Shown here: positions 29,311 through 37,688 of the stretch, in pieces
Layout: each line of letters starts with the position of its first letter
Position numbering within the stretch: position 1 is the first letter of the stretch
Translations under genes and position numbers: made by a program
Notes under the pieces: generated by a model
Told to the model about the DNA's origin: nothing
Databases searched by the model: none
What the model saw: the letters and a program-made list of their open reading frames with translations, nothing else
Virus record (IMG/VR): IMGVR_UViG_2513237094_000001
Span: 785-64,784 of that record
Origin: a virus
Taxonomy: Duplodnaviria > Caudoviricetes
Direction: 5' to 3' (one strand)
DNA length: 64,000 nucleotides

Positions 29311-30312
29311 ATGCTCACTACTGCAATTATGAGGCAAATGTGGCCGCACGCTCCCGCGACCACCGTCAACGCGATCGTCTCAACTTGCCAGGACGTCTTC
29401 GCAGAATACCAGATCAACAGCCCGCTTCGGGTCGCGCATTTCATGGCCCAGATCAGCCACGAATGCGGCCTCGGCACGATCGTCCGCGAAGACATGAACT
29501 ACCGGGCCCAGCGGATCAGCGAAATCTTCGGCTACGACAAAGCCAAGCAGCGTTGGGTTCACTCTGCGCGCGTGACGGACGCTGAAGCTGCGCAGCTCGC
29601 CCACAATCCGAAGGGCCTGGCTGAGCGCGTTTACGGCCTGGGCAATCCGCCCAAAGCGAAAGAGCTCGGAAACACGCGGCCGGGCGACGGCTATTTGTTC
29701 CGCGGCAACGGTATGCTGCAATTGACCGGCGGCGGATCGCATCGTCGCATCGGCAGCCTCACGGGCTTCGATCTCTACAATCATCCGGAGATGCTTGAGG
29801 ATGCGGGTACTTCCTTCCGCGTGGCAGCCGCCGAATTCAAAGCGTTAGGTGCGATGCCTTACGCTGATCGCGACGACGTCACTGGTGTCACGCTCAAGGT
29901 CAATGGCGGCCGCAACGGCCTCGCCCAGCGGACCGTCCTGCTCGCCAAGTGGAAGGAAGCGCTACCGGGAGTCGAAGAGCCGGTGCAGCGTCCTCGTGGC
30001 GCTCCGGAGCCGGCCGACAAAGCGCTCAGCCAGTCCAAGATTATGCAAGGTGCGACGGTTACCGGCGGCCTGACCCTGCTCGGAACCGGTGCGCAGGTTG
30101 CGCAGTACGCGCAAACGACCTCCGACGCGGTGACAACGGCCAAGGGCGCAGCCGACAACATGGTCAACGTTGTGCAGACCGTGAAGCCCTTCCTCGGCCT
30201 CGCACCCTCTGTGTGGGTCGGTGTTGCGATCGGTTGCGGCGTCGCCGCGCTCATCGGCTGCGGTTACGTCATGTGGCAGCGTTACCTCAAGCTTCGCGAT
30301 CAGGGCGTCTAA
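29311..30312 (+). CDS. GH19-family endolysin with hydrophobic C-terminal extension
   Basis: HFMAQISHECG, GDGYLFRGNGMLQLTG, VNGGRNG; AGGAG RBS before ATG 29311. Confidence 0.9.
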   Translation: MLTTAIMRQMWPHAPATTVNAIVSTCQDVFAEYQINSPLRVAHFMAQISHECGLGTIVREDMNYRAQRISEIFGYDKAKQRWVHSARVTDAEAAQLAHNPKGLAERVYGLGNPPKAKELGNTRPGDGYLFRGNGMLQLTGGGSHRRIGSLTGFDLYNHPEMLEDAGTSFRVAAAEFKALGAMPYADRDDVTGVTLKVNGGRNGLAQRTVLLAKWKEALPGVEEPVQRPRGAPEPADKALSQSKIMQGATVTGGLTLLGTGAQVAQYAQTTSDAVTTAKGAADNMVNVVQTVKPFLGLAPSVWVGVAIGCGVAALIGCGYVMWQRYLKLRDQGV

Positions 30313-30599
30313 TGCCGCGGGTCGTCGCCACGATCGTCGCTGACGTCGAATACGCCAAGCACATCCCTGGCGCAGTCGAACTTCACGACGACGGTCTCTA
30401 CTACGTCTGCCCCTGCGGTTGCCGCTACGTAGGCTATCTGCCGTTCAAGCCAGCGGCCTCGCCGTCGTGGCATTGGGACGGCAACCGCGAGCGGCCGAGT
30501 CTCGAGCCCGCCGTACACCATCGTCTGCGGAACGCCGACGGCAAGGAAAGCGGGACCCATTGGAAAGGCTGGCTACGTGCCGGCGTTTGGATGGATTGA
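30312..30599 (+). CDS. Small Cys/His protein (DUF6527-like)
   Basis: CPCGC..WHWDGNRERPSLEPAVHH..HWKGWLRAGVW. Confidence 0.7.
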   Translation: MPRVVATIVADVEYAKHIPGAVELHDDGLYYVCPCGCRYVGYLPFKPAASPSWHWDGNRERPSLEPAVHHRLRNADGKESGTHWKGWLRAGVWMD

Positions 30600-30601
30600 T
30601 C

Positions 30602-30865
30602 ATGAGCGTGCTCATCGCGATTGCCGGCCTGCTCGGCATCAACGTTCCCCGCCTCATCGGCTACGCGATCGTCGCGGTGGCGGTGGTCGCGGGCGCCTTC
30701 ACCATCAAGTTCCACTACATCAACGTCGGCCGCGATCAGGTCACCAATGAGATCGCCGCTGGAAACCGGGAGACGCTGAGCAATGTCAACGCTGCCAAGG
30801 GCAAAATCGACGACTGCCGTGCTGCTGGTGGTCAGTGGAGCACTGCTGACGGGATGTGCGAATAG
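30602..30865 (+). CDS. i-spanin-like membrane protein
   Basis: N-terminal TM segment, C-terminal Cys; overlapped by a lipoprotein ORF. Confidence 0.65.
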   Translation: MSVLIAIAGLLGINVPRLIGYAIVAVAVVAGAFTIKFHYINVGRDQVTNEIAAGNRETLSNVNAAKGKIDDCRAAGGQWSTADGMCE

Positions 30866-31136
30866 CACGCGCGGCTTCGGCACGTTCAGCGGGCCGAGCG
30901 GTGGCGTCTGCGACGCATTCGATCGTCCGCAGTATCAGATCAAGGGCGCGACCGCCTACGACCAGGAATGGGCCGACAAGACGACCGAGGCTGGCGTCGC
31001 CGGCTGCAGTTGGGCGCGCCCTGAGCCGCGGCCGAAGCATCTCGACGTCGATCCCGCGGCCCCCGTCAAGTTTGTGCCGCCGGCGCCGAAGAAGCGCTCG
31101 CTTTGGAATCGCATCCGTCATCCGAAGTCGTCCTGA
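30783..31136 (+). CDS. o-spanin-like lipoprotein
   Basis: Lipobox LLTGC, Pro-rich tail, overlaps the i-spanin 3' end in another frame. Confidence 0.7.
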   Translation: MSTLPRAKSTTAVLLVVSGALLTGCANSTRGFGTFSGPSGGVCDAFDRPQYQIKGATAYDQEWADKTTEAGVAGCSWARPEPRPKHLDVDPAAPVKFVPPAPKKRSLWNRIRHPKSS

Positions 31137-31147
31137 GCAGCGTGGTT

Positions 31148-31558
31148 ATGGACAACGGAACTATTGCGATCTGCATCTCTGCGGCAGTCTTCCTGCTCCA
31201 AGTCTTTGACAGGATCTGGGGAGGCGGAAGCCGCGCTGCGACAACGCAATCAACGCTCAAAGAATATGTGAACACCGAGGTCGCGTCGCTCCGCAAAGAC
31301 GTCTTTCTTAGACACGACACCAGCGAGGGCAATGTCGGCCAGGCGCTACAACACCTGAAGGACACCTGCCATCGCATGGAGCTCGAGGCGATGCAATTCC
31401 GTGCCGTGTCGGCCGAAACCTACATGCGTCGCGACAGCTATTACAAGGCGATGGGCGAGCTCAAGCTGGACGTCAAGGACGCCTTCGAAAAGATCGACAA
31501 GCGGTTGGAGCGCATGGAAGACACCATGGCAGCCAACCGCAAAGAGGATCGAGCCTAA
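31148..31558 (+). CDS. Membrane protein with coiled coil (holin/antiholin candidate)
   Basis: N-terminal TM IAICISAAVFLLQVF; last gene of the lysis cassette. Confidence 0.55.
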   Translation: MDNGTIAICISAAVFLLQVFDRIWGGGSRAATTQSTLKEYVNTEVASLRKDVFLRHDTSEGNVGQALQHLKDTCHRMELEAMQFRAVSAETYMRRDSYYKAMGELKLDVKDAFEKIDKRLERMEDTMAANRKEDRA

Positions 31559-31896
31559 CGGATCGTAGCCTCGGCGATCGTCTGAAAGAAGCCGCACTCG
31601 ATCCCGCCGATCGCCTCAGCCCGCCGCACGATCGTGTCGACGATCGTGAACAGGATGGCGGGATTTTTCTCACCCCGCATGAAGGCCACGCACGCCTCTC
31701 CGTGTGCGCGTCCCGTCTTGTTGTCAGCCGCCCAATCGCCCGACGGCAGCACATTCCAAAGGTTCAGCCCAGCGCCTTCGTCCTTGACGAATGGCAGTCT
31801 TTTTACCGCGTCCAAGTCCCCTACTCCCGGGATAAAAGTTACCCTATTCCGAATTTCCGACTTTTCGAATTTGACGCGGCCCGCGTCAGGAGTCAA
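31555..31896 (-). CDS. Hypothetical protein, candidate SOS-induced antirepressor
   Basis: TTG start, AGGAGG RBS overlapped by LexA boxes. Confidence 0.55.
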   Translation of the reverse strand: MTPDAGRVKFEKSEIRNRVTFIPGVGDLDAVKRLPFVKDEGAGLNLWNVLPSGDWAADNKTGRAHGEACVAFMRGEKNPAILFTIVDTIVRRAEAIGGIECGFFQTIAEATIR

Positions 31897-31903
31897 TTCA
31901 TTT

Positions 31904-31929
31904 GTTCCTCCTATGTTCTTTTCCGGTTC
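31904..31929. promoter_or_regulatory. Tandem alphaproteobacterial LexA (SOS) boxes
   Basis: GTTC-CTCCTAT-GTTC-TTTTCCG-GTTC. Confidence 0.75.
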
Positions 31930-32025
31930 CTGCCGCCGAAGTCATCCGCCCGACCGCTCGGTAGCAACTAAGTTATTGTTCCTGAAGCTAAAATGTGCGG
32001 TACCCGTAGAGACACAGTGAGGCGA

Positions 32026-32370
32026 TTAGAGAAAACGCCGGTCGATCGGGATGCCCATGAATTCCGCCGCCCGAATAGCGGCCTCCATTCCAGGCGAGAT
32101 ACCGAGATCCTGGTAAACCACCATGCGATCGGCTTTGCGCAGCCAGGCGCGCGCTGCGTTTATCCCTTGAGCCCTTTGAACGGGATCGTTGTCGTCAAAA
32201 ATTCCCGGCTGCGTGAACAACAGATGCGAGGCGATGGGAGCTTCCTGGCGGTCGGCGACGCAAGAGCGCACACACGCCCGTGCATATTCGATGTTACGGC
32301 CGATCTGCCCGGCGTAAGGGCTCTCCAAAACGACCAACGGCATGGCGTGCGGCGGCAGAAGTTTTGTCAT
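32026..32370 (-). CDS. Conserved phage protein, nucleoside 2-deoxyribosyltransferase-like fold
   Basis: VVLESPYAG..NIEYAR..PIASHLLFTQ..DLGISPGM; ATG overlaps the MTase stop. Confidence 0.75.
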   Translation of the reverse strand: MTKLLPPHAMPLVVLESPYAGQIGRNIEYARACVRSCVADRQEAPIASHLLFTQPGIFDDNDPVQRAQGINAARAWLRKADRMVVYQDLGISPGMEAAIRAAEFMGIPIDRRFL

Positions 32371-33566
32371 CCTAGCAGTTCCTCTAAGTCGTTCGGAGCG
32401 CCGAGCAGCGTGCCGACATCGTCGGCCAGGCCAAGCATGTCGAGAATCTCGATCGAGCGCGGCTTGCCCAGGCCGAAGCGCCAACGGATGTCGTCAGCGT
32501 AGGTCGGCTCGCGCTCAATCAAAATCGAATTGAAGCCTTCCTCGATCGCCGCTTGGCCGGTGGTGCCGCTGCCGGCGAAAGGATCGAGCACTGTGCCGCC
32601 CGGTGGCGTCACAAGGCGGCACAGCCAGCGCAGCAGGCCTATCGGCTTGACGGTCGGGTGATCCGAGCCGGCGCGATCAACCTTGCCCGCCTTGCCGAAA
32701 TAGCCGACCGGAGAGCCGTTTGGCGGGAAGCTGTTGAAGAAGCGCGCAGCTGAACCGCGATCGTCTCGCTTGGCGAATGGAGTGCGGCCGGCGAACTTTC
32801 CGTAGATCGCTTTCGTGACATCCGACGGCTCGCTTCCCTTCAGATCGCCACGCTGGCCGACCGATTGCGGAAAGACCGACAGCACGACATCAGAGCCGTC
32901 GTGCAGTAGGTTCGCCGGCCAGCGCCCGAGCTCGGCGCCATCGCTTGCAACACGACACGCTTCGATATTGATGGCGCCGACGCCGTGCACCAGGACGTTC
33001 CTGAACCCGCTGCTCTGATCAAAGGGCCGCTGGCCGAAATAGATCGGTTCGAGCGCCGGCTTGCAGCTCTGCGTTCCGTAGTACCAGCCTTCCCACTGCT
33101 CCACGTCGTCAGTGTCGGCGCCGGCTTTCTTGAGCAGATTGCTCACGCCTTTCGCTTTTGGCAGCCCCTGGCCGTAGGTCCAGCCGTAGAACGGATGCAT
33201 GACGAAGCCGGCGTCTTCCATGGCGCAGGCTTGGCGATGGCCGGTGCGCGGCGAGGAGAACGCGAGCGCATAGCCGCCTGGCAGCAACACCTCGTAGACC
33301 AGTTTCCAGAACTCGGGATCTTGCGCGACGCGCTCGCCGTTCTCGTCGGCGCCGTCCCAGCGCTGCCCCATGAACCCCTTCGACACGCGGCTGAACCGGC
33401 CGTCGCTGCCGAACTTTGCCGGCGCGCTGTCCTGCTTGCCGAAGCGCTTGACGATGGACTCGAGGTAGTACGGACAATCTGTGACGACCGAGTGTACTCG
33501 AACCCCGGCCGCAATCAGCTCGCGTAGCACTTCTCGGCTGTCGCCCTGATGAAAATCAATATGCAC
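32367..33566 (-). CDS. Orphan N6/N4 DNA methyltransferase (beta class)
   Basis: VVTDCPYY, HPTVKP, VLDPFAGSGTTG. Confidence 0.9.
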   Translation of the reverse strand: MHIDFHQGDSREVLRELIAAGVRVHSVVTDCPYYLESIVKRFGKQDSAPAKFGSDGRFSRVSKGFMGQRWDGADENGERVAQDPEFWKLVYEVLLPGGYALAFSSPRTGHRQACAMEDAGFVMHPFYGWTYGQGLPKAKGVSNLLKKAGADTDDVEQWEGWYYGTQSCKPALEPIYFGQRPFDQSSGFRNVLVHGVGAINIEACRVASDGAELGRWPANLLHDGSDVVLSVFPQSVGQRGDLKGSEPSDVTKAIYGKFAGRTPFAKRDDRGSAARFFNSFPPNGSPVGYFGKAGKVDRAGSDHPTVKPIGLLRWLCRLVTPPGGTVLDPFAGSGTTGQAAIEEGFNSILIEREPTYADDIRWRFGLGKPRSIEILDMLGLADDVGTLLGAPNDLEELLG

Positions 33567-33568
33567 GA

Positions 33569-33901
33569 TCAGCCCAGCAGGTCATCCACGTCGGCCGCAG
33601 TCTCGAGCCCAAGCAGATCGTCCTCTGCCGGCTTAGGCTGATAGGTCTCCCAATTGGGCACCTTCTGCCTAGGCAGCGCCATGAACTCCTTCGACTTCCG
33701 TGCACCGGGAAACCGTTGGAGCGCGTTGTGCAGCGCTTCGGCCATCGCTTCCTGTGCAGTGCTGGCGATGGCGTACTCGTACAGCTTGGAATCCACCGAT
33801 CGCACGTTGCCCAGCCATTGGCCGTCGGTGCGCCGAAACAGGTTGTTCACCCGGAAGCCGGCTGTCTCAATATCGGACACGATGTCTTCGAAGCTTTTCA
33901 T
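33569..33901 (-). CDS. Hypothetical protein ending DDLLG
   Basis: Operon context; two DDLLG copies in the tail. Confidence 0.75.
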   Translation of the reverse strand: MKSFEDIVSDIETAGFRVNNLFRRTDGQWLGNVRSVDSKLYEYAIASTAQEAMAEALHNALQRFPGARKSKEFMALPRQKVPNWETYQPKPAEDDLLGLETAADVDDLLG

Positions 33902-33903
33902 GA

Positions 33904-34194
33904 TCAGCCCAGCAGATCATCAACGTCCGCAGCCTTCTTGGCCGGCGGGCTCGGTTGCGTCTGCGCGGGCGGCACGACTGCGAACCCGTTGTCGAGATCC
34001 CATCGCTCGCACGACGGCAGCAGCGACAGCGCTTTACCGAGAGACTCGCTCGGGGTTTCCGCGCATTGCGACGTATAGCCGCTCGTTCGACCGAGCTTGA
34101 TGTAGGTCTGCCAGGTGTTGCCCGTGCGAACGAGCATTACGCTGGTGATGCGCCCTTTTGCTGCGCAATCATCTAATTCTGCGCCGAAATTCAT
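33904..34194 (-). CDS. Hypothetical protein ending DDLLG
   Basis: Operon context; tail similar to that of the neighbouring ORF. Confidence 0.75.
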   Translation of the reverse strand: MNFGAELDDCAAKGRITSVMLVRTGNTWQTYIKLGRTSGYTSQCAETPSESLGKALSLLPSCERWDLDNGFAVVPPAQTQPSPPAKKAADVDDLLG

Positions 34195-34505
34195 CAGATC
34201 ATACCGAGAGCAAGGAGATAAGTTTCGAGGATCGTCTCAGCCTCGGCGCGTTCGTTCGGGTCCTGCTTGCGAATTTTGACGATCGCTCTGATCGCCTTGA
34301 CATCGTAGCCGTTGCCCTTGGACTCCGCGTAGATGTCGCGAATGTCGTCGGAGATCGCTTTCTTTTCTTCGTTCAAGCGCTCGATCCGCTCGATGATCGA
34401 TTTCAATTGTTCCTTGGCGAACTTCGTCGCGTTGTCGCCAGCGGGGATCTCATCGTCATCGAGAAGATCGCCGCCGCGCTCGTTAGACTTCTTGCTTGTC
34501 GCCAT
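34194..34505 (-). CDS. gapR: GapR-like nucleoid-associated protein (DUF2312)
   Basis: EQLKSIIERIERLNEEKKAISDDIRDIYAESKGNGYDVKAIRAIVKIRKQD..ETYLLALGM. Confidence 0.92.
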   Translation of the reverse strand: MATSKKSNERGGDLLDDDEIPAGDNATKFAKEQLKSIIERIERLNEEKKAISDDIRDIYAESKGNGYDVKAIRAIVKIRKQDPNERAEAETILETYLLALGMI

Positions 34506-34558
34506 TGTTTTCGTTCCGTGACAATGTGAATTGATGTTGATCGCGCCTAAGTGACATG

Positions 34559-34750
34559 TCAACTCGTAGTTGATCTGTTCCGCATTAAACTTTCGCGGTT
34601 CTTTTCGATGAGCGCGGCTGAGTAGCCGGCGCGATGCAACGCGAGAAGCAACGCAGTCTCGCTGCGATCGTCAGAGCGAGCGCAATGCATGTCGAGGCAA
34701 TGCCGCATCGCTTTCAGAAAGGTCCGGTTTTCTACGGAGACGCCGATCAT
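34559..34750 (-). CDS. Hypothetical protein
   Basis: ATGA-coupled to the upstream ORF. Confidence 0.45.
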   Translation of the reverse strand: MIGVSVENRTFLKAMRHCLDMHCARSDDRSETALLLALHRAGYSAALIEKNRESLMRNRSTTS

Positions 34751-34941
34751 TTCGGCTTCACCGTCAGCTCGAATTGTCGGCCAATGAAGTACGCGGGACG
34801 ATTTTTATCCGTCAGCGGCAGAGTGATTTCGATCAACGTGCCTTCGACCCAAGCAGCGCGACCGACCGCGTTGCCTTGCGCAACGAGCTTCACTCGATCG
34901 CCGCGATCTTCAAGTCCGATGACGTGAGCTTTGATCTTCAT
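34747..34941 (-). CDS. Hypothetical protein
   Basis: Compact 64 aa ORF within the leftward operon. Confidence 0.65.
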   Translation of the reverse strand: MKIKAHVIGLEDRGDRVKLVAQGNAVGRAAWVEGTLIEITLPLTDKNRPAYFIGRQFELTVKPK

Positions 34942-34949
34942 AAACCGAC

Positions 34950-35189
34950 CTATTCGAACAGTGAGCCTTGCGAAACGACGAGAGCGGGAATGCGTTTGCT
35001 GTAGATCGTCTCGCCGTGAACGCCCTTGTCGCTGTAGTCGAGCCCGTGCTTGTCGCAGAGCTCGCGCGCCAGCGTCGTCAGCTCGTGATGCGTCATCTTC
35101 ATTGTCCAGTTGCCGGCAGTTGGTCGACGCCCGTTCGCTATCCTGCGAAGGCTGTCAACGACCTGTTGCGGCAACTCGTCGAACATCAC
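34950..35189 (-). CDS. Hypothetical protein with C-terminal QGSLF clamp-binding-like motif
   Basis: Coupled in operon; ends VSQGSLFE. Confidence 0.65.
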   Translation of the reverse strand: MMFDELPQQVVDSLRRIANGRRPTAGNWTMKMTHHELTTLARELCDKHGLDYSDKGVHGETIYSKRIPALVVSQGSLFE

Positions 35190-35737
35190 GCAGCCGCTGC
35201 GGTCTCGGTGCCAACGATCGTCTTGAGCAACGTCTGATCGGCCTCGCTGAGATCCGCGGCCGGCAGCGTCGGCGCCGCCAGGGGCTTCGCGTATGCGTCG
35301 AGCGCCGGATCGTTCATGGTCGCCATGCGGGAGTCGTTGACGATGCGCAGCGCGGTCTCGCCGAAGTCGCGCAGCCGCACCGTCTGCTGGATCGATAGCG
35401 TCTTGAACGTGTCGCGTTCTCGGGTCAGCGTCGCGATCTGCTCGTCTCGCGCTGCGAGGGCGGTCGAATGGTCGGCGAGCATCTGATTGATCGTCTTGTC
35501 GTGTTCAGCCTTCACGCGGGTAAGTTCGTCACCGGCTTCGGTCAGCGCCGTATAGAGCCGGTCGTGCGCCTCCTTCGTCTGCGTGAGCTCATCGGTCGTG
35601 AGCACCAGGTCCTGGCTGACCTTGTCGAACTTCTGCTGAGCGGCGACGAAGGGGTTTTCGAGAGTGTCAGACGCAGTCATGCCAGCGGTCCTCTGGGGTT
35701 TGAACAGATTGAAAGGTGAGATGATCCGCATGTTCAT
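35186..35737 (-). CDS. Coiled-coil hypothetical protein
   Basis: ATG 35737 overlaps the upstream TGA; heptad-rich. Confidence 0.65.
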   Translation of the reverse strand: MNMRIISPFNLFKPQRTAGMTASDTLENPFVAAQQKFDKVSQDLVLTTDELTQTKEAHDRLYTALTEAGDELTRVKAEHDKTINQMLADHSTALAARDEQIATLTRERDTFKTLSIQQTVRLRDFGETALRIVNDSRMATMNDPALDAYAKPLAAPTLPAADLSEADQTLLKTIVGTETAAAA

Positions 35738-36009
35738 CGGCTGAGCCTGCGGGTAATGAGGTATCCGGCCAGGATCGGGAGCCCGGCGGGCCAGAGCGCG
35801 GCAAGGACGAAATCGAGCTGCCTGCTGCCGGTGGCCGTGGCGGTCGGTTCCGCCCCAGGGATCGGATAGCCAAAGCGGCTGATCAGGCGCGCTGTGACGC
35901 CGAGCCCTATAGTCCAGATCGTGAAGAACATCAGAGCTTGGAAGGGCCCGACGTGGACCCCAACGAAAGCCGTGCAGATGAAAACCAGGAGCAACGTCGA
36001 AATGGTCAT
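35734..36009 (-). CDS. Small membrane protein
   Basis: Two to three hydrophobic segments; first gene of the leftward operon. Confidence 0.6.
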   Translation of the reverse strand: MTISTLLLVFICTAFVGVHVGPFQALMFFTIWTIGLGVTARLISRFGYPIPGAEPTATATGSRQLDFVLAALWPAGLPILAGYLITRRLSR

Positions 36010-36045
36010 GCGCGGAGAGCCTTGAATCAACTTCAAGACATGACA

Positions 36046-36060
36046 TCAACTATTAGGTGA
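36046..36060. promoter_or_regulatory. Putative phage operator in a divergent promoter region
   Basis: TCAACTATTAGGTGA; AGGTGATATGTCAAT is also found at 40004-40018. Confidence 0.7.
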
Positions 36061-36143
36061 TATGTCAATCGACTAAATTAAGCTTGACTGCAGGCATCGG
36101 AACATCGGATAAATCTCAGGTTGTCTCGCGCCCCTGAGAGAGT

Positions 36144-36307
36144 GGACGGCCGCATTTCACTTGATCGACAAGTAGAGTAGTAGGGCCCCTACCGCTCCCG
36201 CCACGGCGTCCCCGATAGGCGGAGCCGGAGGCTTACCCGGGGGTCGTGTCGGGTGCCCCGGGGCCGTCCCTTGGTTTGCTCTGGTTGACTCAACCACCGC
36301 GAGAGCG
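36144..36307 (+). ncRNA. Candidate structured leader or small RNA
   Basis: GGACGGCC/GGCCGTCC stem enclosing four hairpins, plus a further hairpin; upstream of the PEP-CTERM genes. Confidence 0.35.
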
Positions 36308-36341
36308 TCAAAATGGATTTTTAGGTAAGTGGAGTTTAGTT

Positions 36342-37010
36342 ATGCGGTGTGTGTTAGGTTGTATTTTAGCCACGCTTTTTGGTGCTTCAGCCAACGCCTC
36401 AGTTATTCAGATTGACTATACAGGCACGTACAGTGGCAGCGTCACGATCGGCAACCCGTCAATCTCACAATTTTCGACGTCGACTTTCGGTTCTGCGCCC
36501 TTCAGCCTCACCTTCGTCTTCGACAGTTCCTCGCCTTATGTAGATCAATACTCAACTCCTACAAGCTCGGCACTGGGTGGTTACCGGGCGGGATTTGGTA
36601 GTGTCGCGGGTGTCTACTCTTTTGATGTATCTGGCAATCAAAACGCGTCAGACAGCGCCGAAATTGGCTCAACATCACAGACAGTTATAGATGTCGACTT
36701 CAGCAAAGCTGTAACGCATCCCACGCTATCCATGAGTGTCAGCCATCCCGACATCCCAGCATCAATTTTCGAGCCCTTTACAATTCTCAACGGACTCACG
36801 GGACAAGGAAGCTACCTATACACAAGCGTGGGGAATTTCTCGTACTTTAGTATGGAAGCGACACTTGTTCCTAAAACGATCAGAGTAACGGTTGACGGCG
36901 TATCTGTTGCCGTGCCCGAGCCTTCGACATGGGCGATGCTGCTCCTTGGTTTCTGCGGCGTTGGATGCGTAACTTACCGGCGTCGCAAAGGGGCTTCGCT
37001 CGCAGCCTGA
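36342..37010 (+). CDS. PEPxxWA-CTERM surface protein (moron 2)
   Basis: Signal peptide ..GASANA; VPEPSTWAMLLLGFCGVGCVTYRRRK. Confidence 0.88.
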   Translation: MRCVLGCILATLFGASANASVIQIDYTGTYSGSVTIGNPSISQFSTSTFGSAPFSLTFVFDSSSPYVDQYSTPTSSALGGYRAGFGSVAGVYSFDVSGNQNASDSAEIGSTSQTVIDVDFSKAVTHPTLSMSVSHPDIPASIFEPFTILNGLTGQGSYLYTSVGNFSYFSMEATLVPKTIRVTVDGVSVAVPEPSTWAMLLLGFCGVGCVTYRRRKGASLAA

Positions 37011-37129
37011 CTTTGACTACTCAGAAATCATTGCAGAGGTCGCCGGCTTCGCGGTTTTTTCGATCGTCGGAGACCGGGCTCAACCCGCGGGAAGGCAGAA
37101 GCGTTCCTTATTGGTTTGGAGTACATATA

Positions 37130-37687
37130 ATGTTGAGAGTGCTTGCGGTTTTACTTTGCGCTTTAGCGTTAGCTGCACCCGCAAAGGCTGACGTCATCGT
37201 TACGTATGACTGGCAATTTTCGGCTAAAGCCCCGCCCTGCGGAGGCGGCCCTGGATGCATTGGATATATCGGCGGCGCGCTTTTTCAAAGCGGGACTTTT
37301 GCAACGACGTCGGCCGGAGCAGACTTACTGGGTACGTCCGGCATTCTCTCTTCGACCGAAACGAACTTTGGTCAAATCGCCAGCTCGATTCATTCTGTCA
37401 CGATCCTAGTCAATGAGTCACAAGTTCCTAACGACCCGACATATTCCGGATTTTGGGACGCAACCAATGGCTTTGTGGCGATTACGGTTGAATGGAATAC
37501 AATAGGTTGCGACGGTCCGTTTTGCGGCCCGCCCGGAATTTATACCGGAGGTTCGGGCGGCTTAACTCAACTATTTTACACACTGAGTGTAGCCCAGTCC
37601 GTTCCCGAGACCTCCACCTGGGCTATGTTACTCCTCGGCTTCTGTGGCCTCGGCTTACTTTTGCATAGACAGCGCGCCGACGCATGA
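37130..37687 (+). CDS. PEPxxWA-CTERM surface protein (moron 3)
   Basis: Signal peptide ..AAPAKA; VPETSTWAMLLLGFCGLGLLLHRQR. Confidence 0.88.
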   Translation: MLRVLAVLLCALALAAPAKADVIVTYDWQFSAKAPPCGGGPGCIGYIGGALFQSGTFATTSAGADLLGTSGILSSTETNFGQIASSIHSVTILVNESQVPNDPTYSGFWDATNGFVAITVEWNTIGCDGPFCGPPGIYTGGSGGLTQLFYTLSVAQSVPETSTWAMLLLGFCGLGLLLHRQRADA

Positions 37688-37688
37688 G

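Noticed and set aside
2580-31558. Gene transfer agent
   Set aside because: Integrase, repressor, full replication module and lambda-type head genes indicate a genuine prophage
35738-36049. N-terminal extension of the 287-aa ORF 35186-36049
   Set aside because: It overlaps the membrane-protein gene; ATG 35737 coupled to that gene's stop is more plausible
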